From Bacillota bacterium (GTDB lineage Bacteria > Bacillota > Clostridia > Lutisporales > Lutisporaceae): a stretch of 62,911 bases of DNA. Shown piece by piece: positions 52,272 through 61,888 of the stretch (positions are counted from its first letter, which is position 1; each line of letters starts with the position of its first letter). A program made the position numbers and the translations under genes. A model generated the notes under the pieces. That model worked only from the letters and a program-made list of their open reading frames with translations, had not been told where the DNA came from and ran no database searches. Where the stretch lies: positions 1 through 62,911 of the forward strand of contig DAOLPD010000001.1 in the NCBI GenBank assembly GCA_035417425.1. Reading direction: 5' to 3'.

Positions 52272-52705
52272 AAGATAAATATTATCAAAGTTCATGAAAA
52301 AATCAATAAAAGTTCACAAAAAGTTCACAATGCTTTGGTATATTAGTAATTAAGATGTATATCAAATATGGATAGATTAGCAGGTTTTAAAGGTATATCT
52401 TACAGCAGCATAATCAAGACAGTGTTTCATCTCTGTTAAGACCGGCAATGAATGAAACAGGGTTTCAAAGATTAGTTGTTATATTAGATTACTGTTGAAT
52501 TTGAACACCTGCTGATTTTTTTAAATAATTATAGGGATATTTCAGGTATATCGAAGTATTTTTTCTATTTAATAACAGATATTTTATATTCATAAAATAT
52601 TTTCATTGTTGATTTGTCTTATGCTTTTAGCCGTGTTAAGCAAATATTTTTGTTAGGCTATAAATTTACATAGATGCCTAAAATTAAAATAAAGGGGGAT
52701 GAATT

Positions 52706-54340
52706 ATGAAAAAGTCTTTAGTTTTAGTACTGGCTATGCTGATGGTATTAAGCTTTGCTTTATCAGCATGCGCACCGAAGGCTCCTGCGGAAACTCCCGG
52801 AGAAGCTGCTGCAGAACCCAAAATATTGAGGACCAACAATGCTTTTGAGCCTGGTTCATTGGATCCGGCTCTGGCACAAGGAACCCATGACTCATGGGTA
52901 CTGGACCACACATTTGAGGGGCTCACAAAGAAAGACGTGGATGGCAAGATAGTACTGGGTATGGCAAAAGAATATAAACTTGCCGATGATGATGTAACTT
53001 ATACCTTTACACTGCGCGATGATATTAAATGGTCCAATGGTGACCCTGTAACAGCATACGACTTTGAATTTGCATGGAAGCGTGCATTGGATCCGGACAT
53101 GGCTTCAGATTATGCATACCAGTTATATTATCTTAAGGGCGGCGAAGCATACAATACCAAGACCGGTACTGCTGATGAAGTAGGCGTAAAAGCTATTGAC
53201 GATAAGACATTGGAAGTTGTTCTTGCGTCACCTACCGCTTATTTCCTTGAACTGACATCCTTCTACACATACTATCCGGTTAATAAGAAGGTTGCAGAAG
53301 CAAATCCCGATTGGGCAAAAAATGCTGACACTCACGTATCCAACGGTCCGTTCAAACTGACCGGATGGGAGCATAACGCTTCAATAACACTGGCTAAGAA
53401 CGACAATTACTATAATTCATCAGTTGTTAAACTGGATGGTATAGAGTTTTCTATACTGAATGATGAAAATACAGCCTGGCAGAAATACCTGGGCGGCGAA
53501 TACGACTTCCTGACTCCGCTTCCCCAGGCAGTTGTTGCACAGCTGAAGGCTGAAGGCAATCCGGAGCTGGTAATAGGCGGAGAGCTTGCAGTATATTATT
53601 ATAACCTCTATAACAAGATGGAACCTTTCAATAATGCAAAAATTAGAAAAGCCCTTTCACTTACTCTGGATAGACAGACTATATGCGACAAGATAGCCCA
53701 GGGCGGTCAGCTTCCGGCAGAAGGTGTTGTTCCTTTCGGAATGCTGGATGAAAACGGCAAGGAATACAGGGACGGCGTAGGCAAGCTGGTTGAGTACAAT
53801 GTAGAAGAGGGCAAGAGGCTGTTTGCAGAAGGCTTGGCCGAAACCGGCTACAAGGTTGAAGATTTCAAGAAGTTCTCAATTCTTTACAATACATTGGAAG
53901 CTCACAAGATAATAGCTCAGGCAGCTCAGGAAATGTGGAGAACCAATCTTGGCATCGAGCTGCAGCTTGAAAACGTAGACTTCCAGGTTAAGCTTGACAG
54001 GGAAAAAGCCGGAGATTATCAGATTTCCCGTGCCGGCTGGATAGGCGACTATATTGACCCGATGACTTTCATCGACCTGTGGGTATCGGACGGTCCTTTC
54101 AATGACGCAAAATACAGCAATCCGGAATATGACAGATTGGTAAAGGAATCAAAAGCAACTACAGACCAGAAGGTTCGTATGGAAAACATGCGTAAGGCTG
54201 AAAAGATCCTAATGGATGCTATGCCTGTAGTACCGGTATACTTCTATACACAGCCCTATGCACAGAAACCGTATGTAACCGGAGTATTCAAGCCTTTGAA
54301 CAGATATCCTTACTTCATATACGCAGATATGAATAAGTAA
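52706..54340 (+). CDS. oppA: Peptide ABC transporter substrate-binding lipoprotein (SBP family 5)
   Basis: Lipobox FALSAC. 544 aa. Opp, Dpp and App cannot be told apart by eye. Confidence 0.8.
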   Translation: MKKSLVLVLAMLMVLSFALSACAPKAPAETPGEAAAEPKILRTNNAFEPGSLDPALAQGTHDSWVLDHTFEGLTKKDVDGKIVLGMAKEYKLADDDVTYTFTLRDDIKWSNGDPVTAYDFEFAWKRALDPDMASDYAYQLYYLKGGEAYNTKTGTADEVGVKAIDDKTLEVVLASPTAYFLELTSFYTYYPVNKKVAEANPDWAKNADTHVSNGPFKLTGWEHNASITLAKNDNYYNSSVVKLDGIEFSILNDENTAWQKYLGGEYDFLTPLPQAVVAQLKAEGNPELVIGGELAVYYYNLYNKMEPFNNAKIRKALSLTLDRQTICDKIAQGGQLPAEGVVPFGMLDENGKEYRDGVGKLVEYNVEEGKRLFAEGLAETGYKVEDFKKFSILYNTLEAHKIIAQAAQEMWRTNLGIELQLENVDFQVKLDREKAGDYQISRAGWIGDYIDPMTFIDLWVSDGPFNDAKYSNPEYDRLVKESKATTDQKVRMENMRKAEKILMDAMPVVPVYFYTQPYAQKPYVTGVFKPLNRYPYFIYADMNK

Positions 54341-54424
54341 TAATTCGGACATTTATTGAGAAGATCGGCGGGCTGTGAATTGCAGCCCCCGATATTCTTT
54401 TATTAATGGCAAAGGAGGTAAAAA

Positions 54425-55354
54425 ATGAAAAAATATCTGTTGAAAAGAATAGCAATGGCTGTAGTTACTATTTGGGCTATTATTACCATCACATTTATAC
54501 TGATGCATTCTGTTCCCGGAGATCCATTCAGGCAGGAAAGTAAAATGCCTAAGGTAGTTTATGAGAATCTGCATAGAAAATACGGCCTGGATAAGCCTTT
54601 AAGCGAGCAATATTTTATATATTTGGGGAAAATCATCAGGGGTGATTTCGGTGACTCCATGAAATCAAGGGTTGAAACAGTAAATGATATGATAAAGAGA
54701 GGCCTTCCGGTATCAGCCTTCATAGGTCTTGAAGCCTTATTGATAGCTGTTGTATTCGGACCTGCATTGGGAGCAATTGCCGCCTTGAATCAGAATAAGT
54801 GGCCGGATTATTTATCTATGATTATTGCAATTATAGGGGTTTCGGTACCGAGCTTTATTATGGGCACAGTATTCATACAGTTTCTTGCCAGAAATATAGA
54901 ATGGCTGCCTATCGGAGGATGGGGCAGCTTCAGGCACTCGATTCTTCCTTCCATTGCATTGGCGCTTATGCCCCTGGCACAGCTTGCAAGGTACATGCGC
55001 TCCAGTATGCTGGAGGTTTTGGGGCAGGATTATATAAAGACCGCTAAATCCAAAGGGATATCCAAGGCAACGGTTGTACTGAGGCATGCTGTCAGAAATG
55101 CGATACTGCCTGTTGTTTCCATTCTGGGTACGGTTGCAACCAATCTAATAGTGGGAAGCTTCGTTATTGAGAAGATTTTTGGTATTCCCGGCCTTGGGAT
55201 GTTCTTTATTACATCAATAAATAACAGGGATTATCCTTTAATTATGGGAACCACAATCTTTTACGCTATTATTTTAGTTATTATGTTACTGATTGTGGAT
55301 ATTGCCTATATGCTGATCGATCCAAGAATCAAGCTTACTAAGGAGGGACGATGA
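54425..55354 (+). CDS. oppB: Peptide ABC transporter permease
   Basis: 309 aa, 6 TM. YIKTAKSKGIS... is the typical BPD_transp_1 region. Confidence 0.85.
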   Translation: MKKYLLKRIAMAVVTIWAIITITFILMHSVPGDPFRQESKMPKVVYENLHRKYGLDKPLSEQYFIYLGKIIRGDFGDSMKSRVETVNDMIKRGLPVSAFIGLEALLIAVVFGPALGAIAALNQNKWPDYLSMIIAIIGVSVPSFIMGTVFIQFLARNIEWLPIGGWGSFRHSILPSIALALMPLAQLARYMRSSMLEVLGQDYIKTAKSKGISKATVVLRHAVRNAILPVVSILGTVATNLIVGSFVIEKIFGIPGLGMFFITSINNRDYPLIMGTTIFYAIILVIMLLIVDIAYMLIDPRIKLTKEGR

Positions 55355-56298
55355 TGAATGCAGGATTAGATGTATCACCTGAATTATTCAATGCCGCAGA
55401 CAAAGAAGATAAAAACGCCGAAAGAATACGTCGCCCCAGTATAAGGTATTGGCCTGATGTATGGCGAAGGCTGAAAATGAATAAATTAGCCATGACCGGG
55501 CTGCTGCTGATATGCATTCTTGGTGTAATGTCCTTCGTAGGGACTAAGATAAATGGATTTACGTATTTTGAGCAGAATTACAGCCTGATAAACTCGCACC
55601 CTGACAGTGTTCACTGGTTTGGAACAGATGAACTGGGCAGGGACCTGTTTACAAGAAACTGGTTTGGTGTCAGATATTCTTTGTTTATTGGAATTATGGC
55701 TGCATTTATAGACTTCTTTATAGGGGTTTTATACGGAGGTATTGCAGGCATCAGCAACAGAAAAGTAGACTCTGTTATGATGCGTATTGCAGAGATAATT
55801 TACAGTATCCCGTATCTTCTGGTGGTAATCCTGATATCGGTAGTATTTTCCCAGGCCGGTCAGGGAAGCTCAATGTTTGTTCTGATTTTTTCACTGTCTC
55901 TGACAAGCTGGGTACCCATGGCCATACTGGTTCGCGGGCAAGTACTCCAATTGAAGGAAAGCGAATATGCTTTAGCGTCGGAATCCCTGGGAGCCGACAA
56001 GAGCTGGATACTTAAAAAGCATATAATACCGAATACACTGGGGCCAATATTGGTTAATGTTACTTTGGAAATTCCCAGAGCTATTTTTGCAGAAGCGACC
56101 TTGGGGTTTATAGGCCTTGGGCTGCAAGCGCCCAAATCAAGCTTGGGGACCTTGGCTAACAGCGGGCTGGCAGGTCTTCCGGTAGGTAATTCATACCAGT
56201 TGTTTATACCGGCAATATTTATTTCACTTATAATGTTTGCCTTTAACGTATTGGGAGACGGGCTTCGTGATGCTTTAGACCCAAGGCTGCGAAAATAG
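55351..56298 (+). CDS. oppC: Peptide ABC transporter permease
   Basis: 315 aa. The WFGTDELGRDLF N-terminal motif is typical of OppC/DppC. Confidence 0.85.
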   Translation: MMNAGLDVSPELFNAADKEDKNAERIRRPSIRYWPDVWRRLKMNKLAMTGLLLICILGVMSFVGTKINGFTYFEQNYSLINSHPDSVHWFGTDELGRDLFTRNWFGVRYSLFIGIMAAFIDFFIGVLYGGIAGISNRKVDSVMMRIAEIIYSIPYLLVVILISVVFSQAGQGSSMFVLIFSLSLTSWVPMAILVRGQVLQLKESEYALASESLGADKSWILKKHIIPNTLGPILVNVTLEIPRAIFAEATLGFIGLGLQAPKSSLGTLANSGLAGLPVGNSYQLFIPAIFISLIMFAFNVLGDGLRDALDPRLRK

Positions 56299-56312
56299 AG
56301 AGAGGTGAGAAC

Positions 56313-57323
56313 ATGAATAATATATTGGAAGTAAAAAATCTGCAGATATCTTTCAAAACCTTTTTTGGCGAAGTTGAAGCTGTAAGGGATATCACCTTCA
56401 GCGTCGGCAGGAAGGAGACTGTAGCAATAGTAGGAGAATCAGGCTGCGGGAAGTCGGTTACCGCCAGCGGTATAATGCAGCTTCTCCCTATGCCCCCGGC
56501 ATTCTTCAAAGGCGGAGAAATACTATTCAACGGGGAAGACCTTTTGAAGAAAACAGAAAAGCAAATGCAGGCAATAAGAGGAAATAAGATATCAATGGTA
56601 TTTCAGGACCCCATGACCTCTTTGAATCCTACAATGAAAATAGGATATCAGATTGTAGAAGGCTTGGTTAAGCATCATAAGATGAGCAGAGAAGCAGCAG
56701 TGAAGAAGTCTGTTGAAATGCTTGAATTGGTAGCAGTACCTCAGCCTGAAAAAAGAATAAACCAATATCCTCATGAGTTTTCCGGAGGTATGCGTCAGAG
56801 AGTAATGATTGCATTGGCCATGGTGTGCAATCCTCAATTGCTGATTGCGGATGAACCTACCACAGCTTTGGATGTTACGGTTCAGGCTCAGATTCTGGAA
56901 TTGATGAAGAAGCTTCAGGAGCAGATGGAGATGTCAATAATCCTCATTACTCACGATTTGGGAATAGTGGCCGATATGAGCGACAGAGTCGTTGTCATGT
57001 ATGCAGGACAGATATTGGAGGTAGGTTTGACTCATGAGATATTTGCTTCGCCGAAGCATCCCTATACAAGAAAGCTGTTAGCTTCCGTACCTCGTTTGGA
57101 TATGAGCAGGGAGGAACCGCTTTATTCAATAGACGGAACACCGCCGGACCTGTATGTTCCGCCTAAGGGCTGCTCTTTCTATGACCGCTGCAGTTCGGCC
57201 ATGAAGATTTGTAAGGATAATATGCCGGAATTTGATGAGCACAGTGCAACTCATCAGAGCCGCTGCTGGTTGAACCATCCCATGGCACAAAAAATGAATT
57301 CAATGGATGGGAGGGAAGTATGA
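56313..57323 (+). CDS. oppD: Peptide ABC transporter ATP-binding protein
   Basis: [16 protein letters not shown] and [12 protein letters not shown]. Confidence 0.9.
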   Translation: MNNILEVKNLQISFKTFFGEVEAVRDITFSVGRKETVAIVGESGCGKSVTASGIMQLLPMPPAFFKGGEILFNGEDLLKKTEKQMQAIRGNKISMVFQDPMTSLNPTMKIGYQIVEGLVKHHKMSREAAVKKSVEMLELVAVPQPEKRINQYPHEFSGGMRQRVMIALAMVCNPQLLIADEPTTALDVTVQAQILELMKKLQEQMEMSIILITHDLGIVADMSDRVVVMYAGQILEVGLTHEIFASPKHPYTRKLLASVPRLDMSREEPLYSIDGTPPDLYVPPKGCSFYDRCSSAMKICKDNMPEFDEHSATHQSRCWLNHPMAQKMNSMDGREV

Positions 57324-58276
57324 TGACAGAACCTTTAATCTCTGCAAGAAATATAAAAAAGTATTTTGATGTTGCAGGCGGAAAGCTTAAGGCGGTGGAC
57401 GGAATAAGCTTTGACATATATCCCAGGGAGACCTTCGGACTGGTTGGAGAGTCAGGCTGCGGGAAGTCAACTGCCGGCAGGACTATAGTGCGTCTATACG
57501 AGCCAACGGAGGGAGAGCTTATATTCAACGGACATAACATATATAAGCTTTCAAGAAAGGATATGCAGGAGATCAGAAGAGATTTTCAGATGATATTCCA
57601 GGATCCCTATGCTTCCCTTAATCCGAGAATGACGGTAGAAGATATTGTGGCGGAACCCCTTGATATACATCAGGTTTATAAAGATAGATCGGAGCGTTCC
57701 GAAAGGGTCATTGAACTCTTGAGACTGGTCGGATTGAATGACGAGCATGCTATGCGTTTTCCACATGAATTCTCCGGAGGACAGCGTCAAAGAATAGGTA
57801 TAGCAAGGGCATTGGCTCTGAATCCGAAATTCATCGTCTGTGATGAGCCTATTTCTGCATTGGACGTTTCAATACAAGCCCAGGTGGTTAATCTTTTGAA
57901 AGAGCTGCAGGACGGGCTGGGCCTGACTTATATGTTCATAGCTCACGATTTGTCAATGGTCAGATATATATCTGACAGAGTCGGGGTTATGTATCTTGGG
58001 CATATGATGGAGCTTGCGAAGTCAGATGAACTATACTCGAATCCTGTTCACCCCTACACCAAGGCTTTGCTGTCGGCTATACCCATACCGAATCCAGAAA
58101 TACAAAGGAACAGGAAAAGGATAATGCTGGAGGGAGACGTACCAAGCCCGATAAATCCAAAAGAAGGATGCAGATTTGTTGACAGATGCCAATATGCCAT
58201 AGGACGATGTCGGGAAGAAACACCAGTATTTGAAGAGAAAGCAGCAAATCATTTTGCAGCATGCCATGTTGTATAG
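57320..58276 (+). CDS. oppF: Peptide ABC transporter ATP-binding protein
   Basis: [17 protein letters not shown] and [12 protein letters not shown]. Confidence 0.9.
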   Translation: MMTEPLISARNIKKYFDVAGGKLKAVDGISFDIYPRETFGLVGESGCGKSTAGRTIVRLYEPTEGELIFNGHNIYKLSRKDMQEIRRDFQMIFQDPYASLNPRMTVEDIVAEPLDIHQVYKDRSERSERVIELLRLVGLNDEHAMRFPHEFSGGQRQRIGIARALALNPKFIVCDEPISALDVSIQAQVVNLLKELQDGLGLTYMFIAHDLSMVRYISDRVGVMYLGHMMELAKSDELYSNPVHPYTKALLSAIPIPNPEIQRNRKRIMLEGDVPSPINPKEGCRFVDRCQYAIGRCREETPVFEEKAANHFAACHVV

Positions 58277-58289
58277 CTGAAAATTAGAT

Positions 58290-58335
58290 AATGGCGCTGT
58301 CGAATATTGCCCGGGCAATATTCGACAGCGCCATT
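58290..58335 (+). terminator. Perfect 22-bp hairpin after the opp operon (no U-tract)
   Basis: AATGGCGCTGTCGAATATTGCC CG GGCAATATTCGACAGCGCCATT. Confidence 0.55.
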
Positions 58336-58406
58336 ACTCATTATTCACATAGTTTTTATCAGATTTGTGAAAACTAATACCACAAATTATATAGGAGAGC
58401 AATGCC

Positions 58407-59075
58407 ATGACCCTTGAAGATTATTTGGAGGAAGGCTGTGTTTATCATGTGGTCAGTATTGTTGACCTGAAAAAGACCCTGCATGAAGGCATCAGATACG
58501 ATGATAAGAATACTTATGCCGGTAAATATACCGACTTCCACGGTTTTTTCGACCTCCATAAGCCCAAAGAAATTCCGGATTGGGTGGAGAGGAGGAAGGC
58601 CATATTTGCCAGCATCGGGTTCAAGGAAGGGCATAAGTGGCATTCCCACAGCGCCATATTGAGAATAGGGATACTAAAAGACAGATGCTGGATATGCAAT
58701 GAAAACCTGGCAAATTTCATATATGAGCCCTTTATACTTCAGCATATGGATGGATTCGAGGGCACAAAAGAATTCATGAAGGCTAACGGAAAAGCACTTG
58801 CAGAGAAATATTGGCAGAACTCCCTCAGTTGCAACGATAACCTGATCAAAAGGTATGACAAAAGGGAAGGCTACGATGCTGAAGTACTGGTAATGCATCC
58901 CATACCTCCCCGGAATATTGAATGCCTCTATATAGTATCAGACCATCAGATAATGAGCTATCAGGAGTGGAAGGAGTATTTCACACCGGGAAGCCCTCAT
59001 GCTGAAGTTCAATACAACAGATATTTGCAGCCTGACAATATGTCTTCGGCCTGGAAGTATCCCGGCTCGCAGTGA
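58407..59075 (+). CDS. Hypothetical protein
   Basis: 222-aa ORF with a plausible RBS (GGAGAG). No family confidently recognised (see findings). Confidence 0.5.
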   Translation: MTLEDYLEEGCVYHVVSIVDLKKTLHEGIRYDDKNTYAGKYTDFHGFFDLHKPKEIPDWVERRKAIFASIGFKEGHKWHSHSAILRIGILKDRCWICNENLANFIYEPFILQHMDGFEGTKEFMKANGKALAEKYWQNSLSCNDNLIKRYDKREGYDAEVLVMHPIPPRNIECLYIVSDHQIMSYQEWKEYFTPGSPHAEVQYNRYLQPDNMSSAWKYPGSQ

Positions 59076-60376
59076 TATTTTCTTTTATTCAGCTTGACTT
59101 CAAAATACTCGGAAAAAACAGGAGCTGAGCGTTTTTCCGTGGAGCCCAGATTGTGAAGCTCCAGTTTTGTATCCTGCAGTATGGGATAGAATTGGTTGTT
59201 GAACAGCTTGCTGCTTATGAATGTTGCACTATAAAATGCGGATAGCTGTCTGTCCACATGCATGAAAAGGCCGGCATCGGTAAGACAGCTGCGAAGCATG
59301 CGCAAAGCGGCAAAAACGGCTGCCGTCTCCTTAAAGCTGTATTTTTGCTTGTTTTTTCTCGTGACCAGAAATAATCCGCTGCTTCTGTCCCAATATGAAT
59401 CAATCCGGTCATAGAGCTTCAGGAATGAGGTTTCATATACAATCAGGTCATTGATCTCATGCAGTTTTATCAGGAAGTTCATGCAGTTGCACAAGGTTAT
59501 GAAGGAGCTGAAGCTTTCATCGGAGATATTTCTTGCAATATCGCCGGTATGGGACAAACGCTCACAAAGCTCCATGCCTATTACATTAGCTGTACTGTAT
59601 ACTGTTTCTTTGTACATGGCGGTATGCCTTAAAATGGATAAAAGGCTCAGGCCCACTGCTGACAGGTCCCGGGAGCTGATATCATTTATATTCTCTGTAA
59701 TGTTCTCGCATAATACCGGAAGCACTTCCAAAGCCTTCTTAAGCTTGGGTATTAATTCCCTTGAATATGACTCGTCCCTGTCAAGCAGCTCCAATACCGA
59801 AGAAAGGGCTTCCGCAACAAAGAATTGAGTTTTGATATCCGGATTCTCGTTGTTAATGGTAATTCTATATTCACCATAGACGTTATCCCCGGCATCCTCT
59901 CCGGAATAATAAAAGTCTCCCAGCTTAAGATAGTCCATTAGGAAGCGGGCCTGTTTAATTGAGCTTATACCAAGGCAGTAGGCAATAAATTCCTTGTTCT
60001 CCGGTTGTATTTCACCGTTTTGTATAATAGGTATGAGGGCGGTCATGCTGCATATGGAATGGGCTAATACATTAGGCTCAACGGATTTCTTCATCTTTTT
60101 CTCCAGCCAGCGGAAGCTTTTAAAGTCATAGTAAGCTTCCGGGATGGCTGCATATATGGGAATACACTTTTTATAAAGGGAAGACATAAAAGTAATATTT
60201 TTGGGCATTCTGATGCTGCCTGCCCCTTTGAGAAGCTTGTATATATGACTTAACTCCTGTTCATCAGGCATCTCTATACTTCCGCAGCCCGAAAGCAGGC
60301 AGAAGGATATTACGTTGAGATATGCCATTGTATTGCATTGTTTTATTATGTCAGGATATGAGAATTCAAAGATCAT
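59009..60376 (-). CDS. Hypothetical protein (helical, about 455 aa)
   Basis: ATG at 60376 follows GGGTGG. Converges on and overlaps the previous gene by 67 nt. Confidence 0.5.
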   Translation of the reverse strand: MIFEFSYPDIIKQCNTMAYLNVISFCLLSGCGSIEMPDEQELSHIYKLLKGAGSIRMPKNITFMSSLYKKCIPIYAAIPEAYYDFKSFRWLEKKMKKSVEPNVLAHSICSMTALIPIIQNGEIQPENKEFIAYCLGISSIKQARFLMDYLKLGDFYYSGEDAGDNVYGEYRITINNENPDIKTQFFVAEALSSVLELLDRDESYSRELIPKLKKALEVLPVLCENITENINDISSRDLSAVGLSLLSILRHTAMYKETVYSTANVIGMELCERLSHTGDIARNISDESFSSFITLCNCMNFLIKLHEINDLIVYETSFLKLYDRIDSYWDRSSGLFLVTRKNKQKYSFKETAAVFAALRMLRSCLTDAGLFMHVDRQLSAFYSATFISSKLFNNQFYPILQDTKLELHNLGSTEKRSAPVFSEYFEVKLNKRKYHCEPGYFQAEDILSGCKYLLY

Positions 60377-60610
60377 CGAAACACCACCCGATAAAAAATA
60401 TTGCAATTGGTATATCTATATATGTTTATGCAGCAAAAGGGGTGGATAAAACTAAAAGCTGGTACTTAAATAACAGGCACAAAACACAATAAAGGGACCG
60501 CGAGGCTGCTGGATTCCGTAACTGAGGGGGATGATATTGCTGCGGCTGATGACTGGTATTAGTGGTTATGATATAATAGAATATATTTGGTGCTGAAGAA
60601 GGTGTTGCAT

Positions 60611-61591
60611 ATGAAGGAAGGGAAGATTCCTCCGGAACTGTTGAAAAGCCTGGTATTTAGTAATATCAAGATACGAAATGAAGAAGTAATATTGCGGCCC
60701 GAAATCGGAGAGGACTGTGCTGCCATAGACTTTGGAAGCCATGCATGCGTGTTGTCCACCGATCCGATAACAGGAGCCGTTAAGGATGCCGGTGCCCTGG
60801 CAATACATATATCCTGCAATGATGTAGCAACCAGCGGGGTAAGGCCGGTTGGAATAATGGTAACGATTCTGGCGCCTCCAAAAACAACAGAAGAGGATAT
60901 AAAGAGGGTAATGGAGGAGGCGGGAGAAGCAGCCTCAAAGCTGGGAGTCGAGATAATCGGAGGGCATACCGAAGTAACCTCTGCGGTAAACCGTATTGTT
61001 ATATCCACAACTGCCGTAGGAAAGGTGCAGAAGGACAGAATAGTAAGGTCTTCGGGAGCAAAGACAGGGGATGATGTGATTATGACCAAATGGGCAGGCT
61101 TGGAGGGCACATCAATAATAGCCTCGGATAAGGGAAAGGAGCTTGAAGCCGTTCTGACACCGGAGGAGATAGAGTCTGCCAGGTCTTTTATCGATAATAT
61201 CAGTGTAGTGGAAGAAGGAGTGGCTGCAGGAGAGTTCGGAGCCAGCAGCATGCATGATGTTACCGAGGGGGGGATATTAGGGGCTGCCTGGGAGATTGCA
61301 GAAAGCTCAGGAAAGGGTATAGACATATATATAGATAAGATACCTGTCCGGGAGGTTACAAAAAAAATCTGCAGTTTTTATGGAATTGACCCGTATAGGC
61401 TGATATCAAGCGGTTCAATGCTTATTACCGCTGCAAGGGGAACTGAACTGGTAAGGATACTTGAGGAGAAGGGCATACCGGCTGTAATAATCGGCAGGAT
61501 AACCGAGGCCGGCAGAAATATAATAAGAAATGGGGATATTTCTCTTTTGAACCCTCCTGATACGGATGAAATTTATAAAGCTTTAAAATAA
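60611..61591 (+). CDS. AIR synthase-related protein (PurM/ThiL/HypE superfamily)
   Basis: MKEGKIPPELL start (the ORF opens at 60587). IGEDCAAI, GGHTE and MHDVTEGG. Confidence 0.75.
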   Translation: MKEGKIPPELLKSLVFSNIKIRNEEVILRPEIGEDCAAIDFGSHACVLSTDPITGAVKDAGALAIHISCNDVATSGVRPVGIMVTILAPPKTTEEDIKRVMEEAGEAASKLGVEIIGGHTEVTSAVNRIVISTTAVGKVQKDRIVRSSGAKTGDDVIMTKWAGLEGTSIIASDKGKELEAVLTPEEIESARSFIDNISVVEEGVAAGEFGASSMHDVTEGGILGAAWEIAESSGKGIDIYIDKIPVREVTKKICSFYGIDPYRLISSGSMLITAARGTELVRILEEKGIPAVIIGRITEAGRNIIRNGDISLLNPPDTDEIYKALK

Positions 61592-61621
61592 ACAGGAACA
61601 AAATATGTAAATTCACGTCGA

Positions 61622-61650
61622 AAGATACGAGTATGTCGTATCTTTTTTCT
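61622..61650 (+). terminator. Rho-independent terminator
   Basis: AAGATACGA GTATG TCGTATCTT followed by TTTTCTTTTT. Confidence 0.75.
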
Positions 61651-61888
61651 TTTTGAGACATGGGAGACATGGGGACGTTTCTCCTGTCTCGCCCATGTCT
61701 CCTGCTTTGAAACAGAAATGAAACATTATGGTAACAGAATTATAATATAAGTGTAAAGGTATTTGGGGAATATGGTCGAAATATATAGTAGAATATGTCT
61801 ATTTTGACATTGTATAAGATATTCTGCAAATCTTGCTGAACTGCGCATGGATAGAATATCTGAAAAATAATCTGCGAGGAGGAATTAT

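Noticed and set aside
52272-52705. T-box leader upstream of oppA
   Set aside because: No T-box consensus (AGGGTGGNACCGCG-like) and no specifier-loop arrangement were found.
60440-60586. Possible TPP riboswitch upstream of the AIR-synthase/ThiL-like gene (contains CTGAGGGGG and GCTGATGACTGGTATTAG)
   Set aside because: It lacks the conserved ACCTGATCTGGATAATGCCAGCG pairing partner and the P1/P2 architecture. The region more likely holds the divergent promoters, for example the TGATATAAT extended -10 at about 60568.
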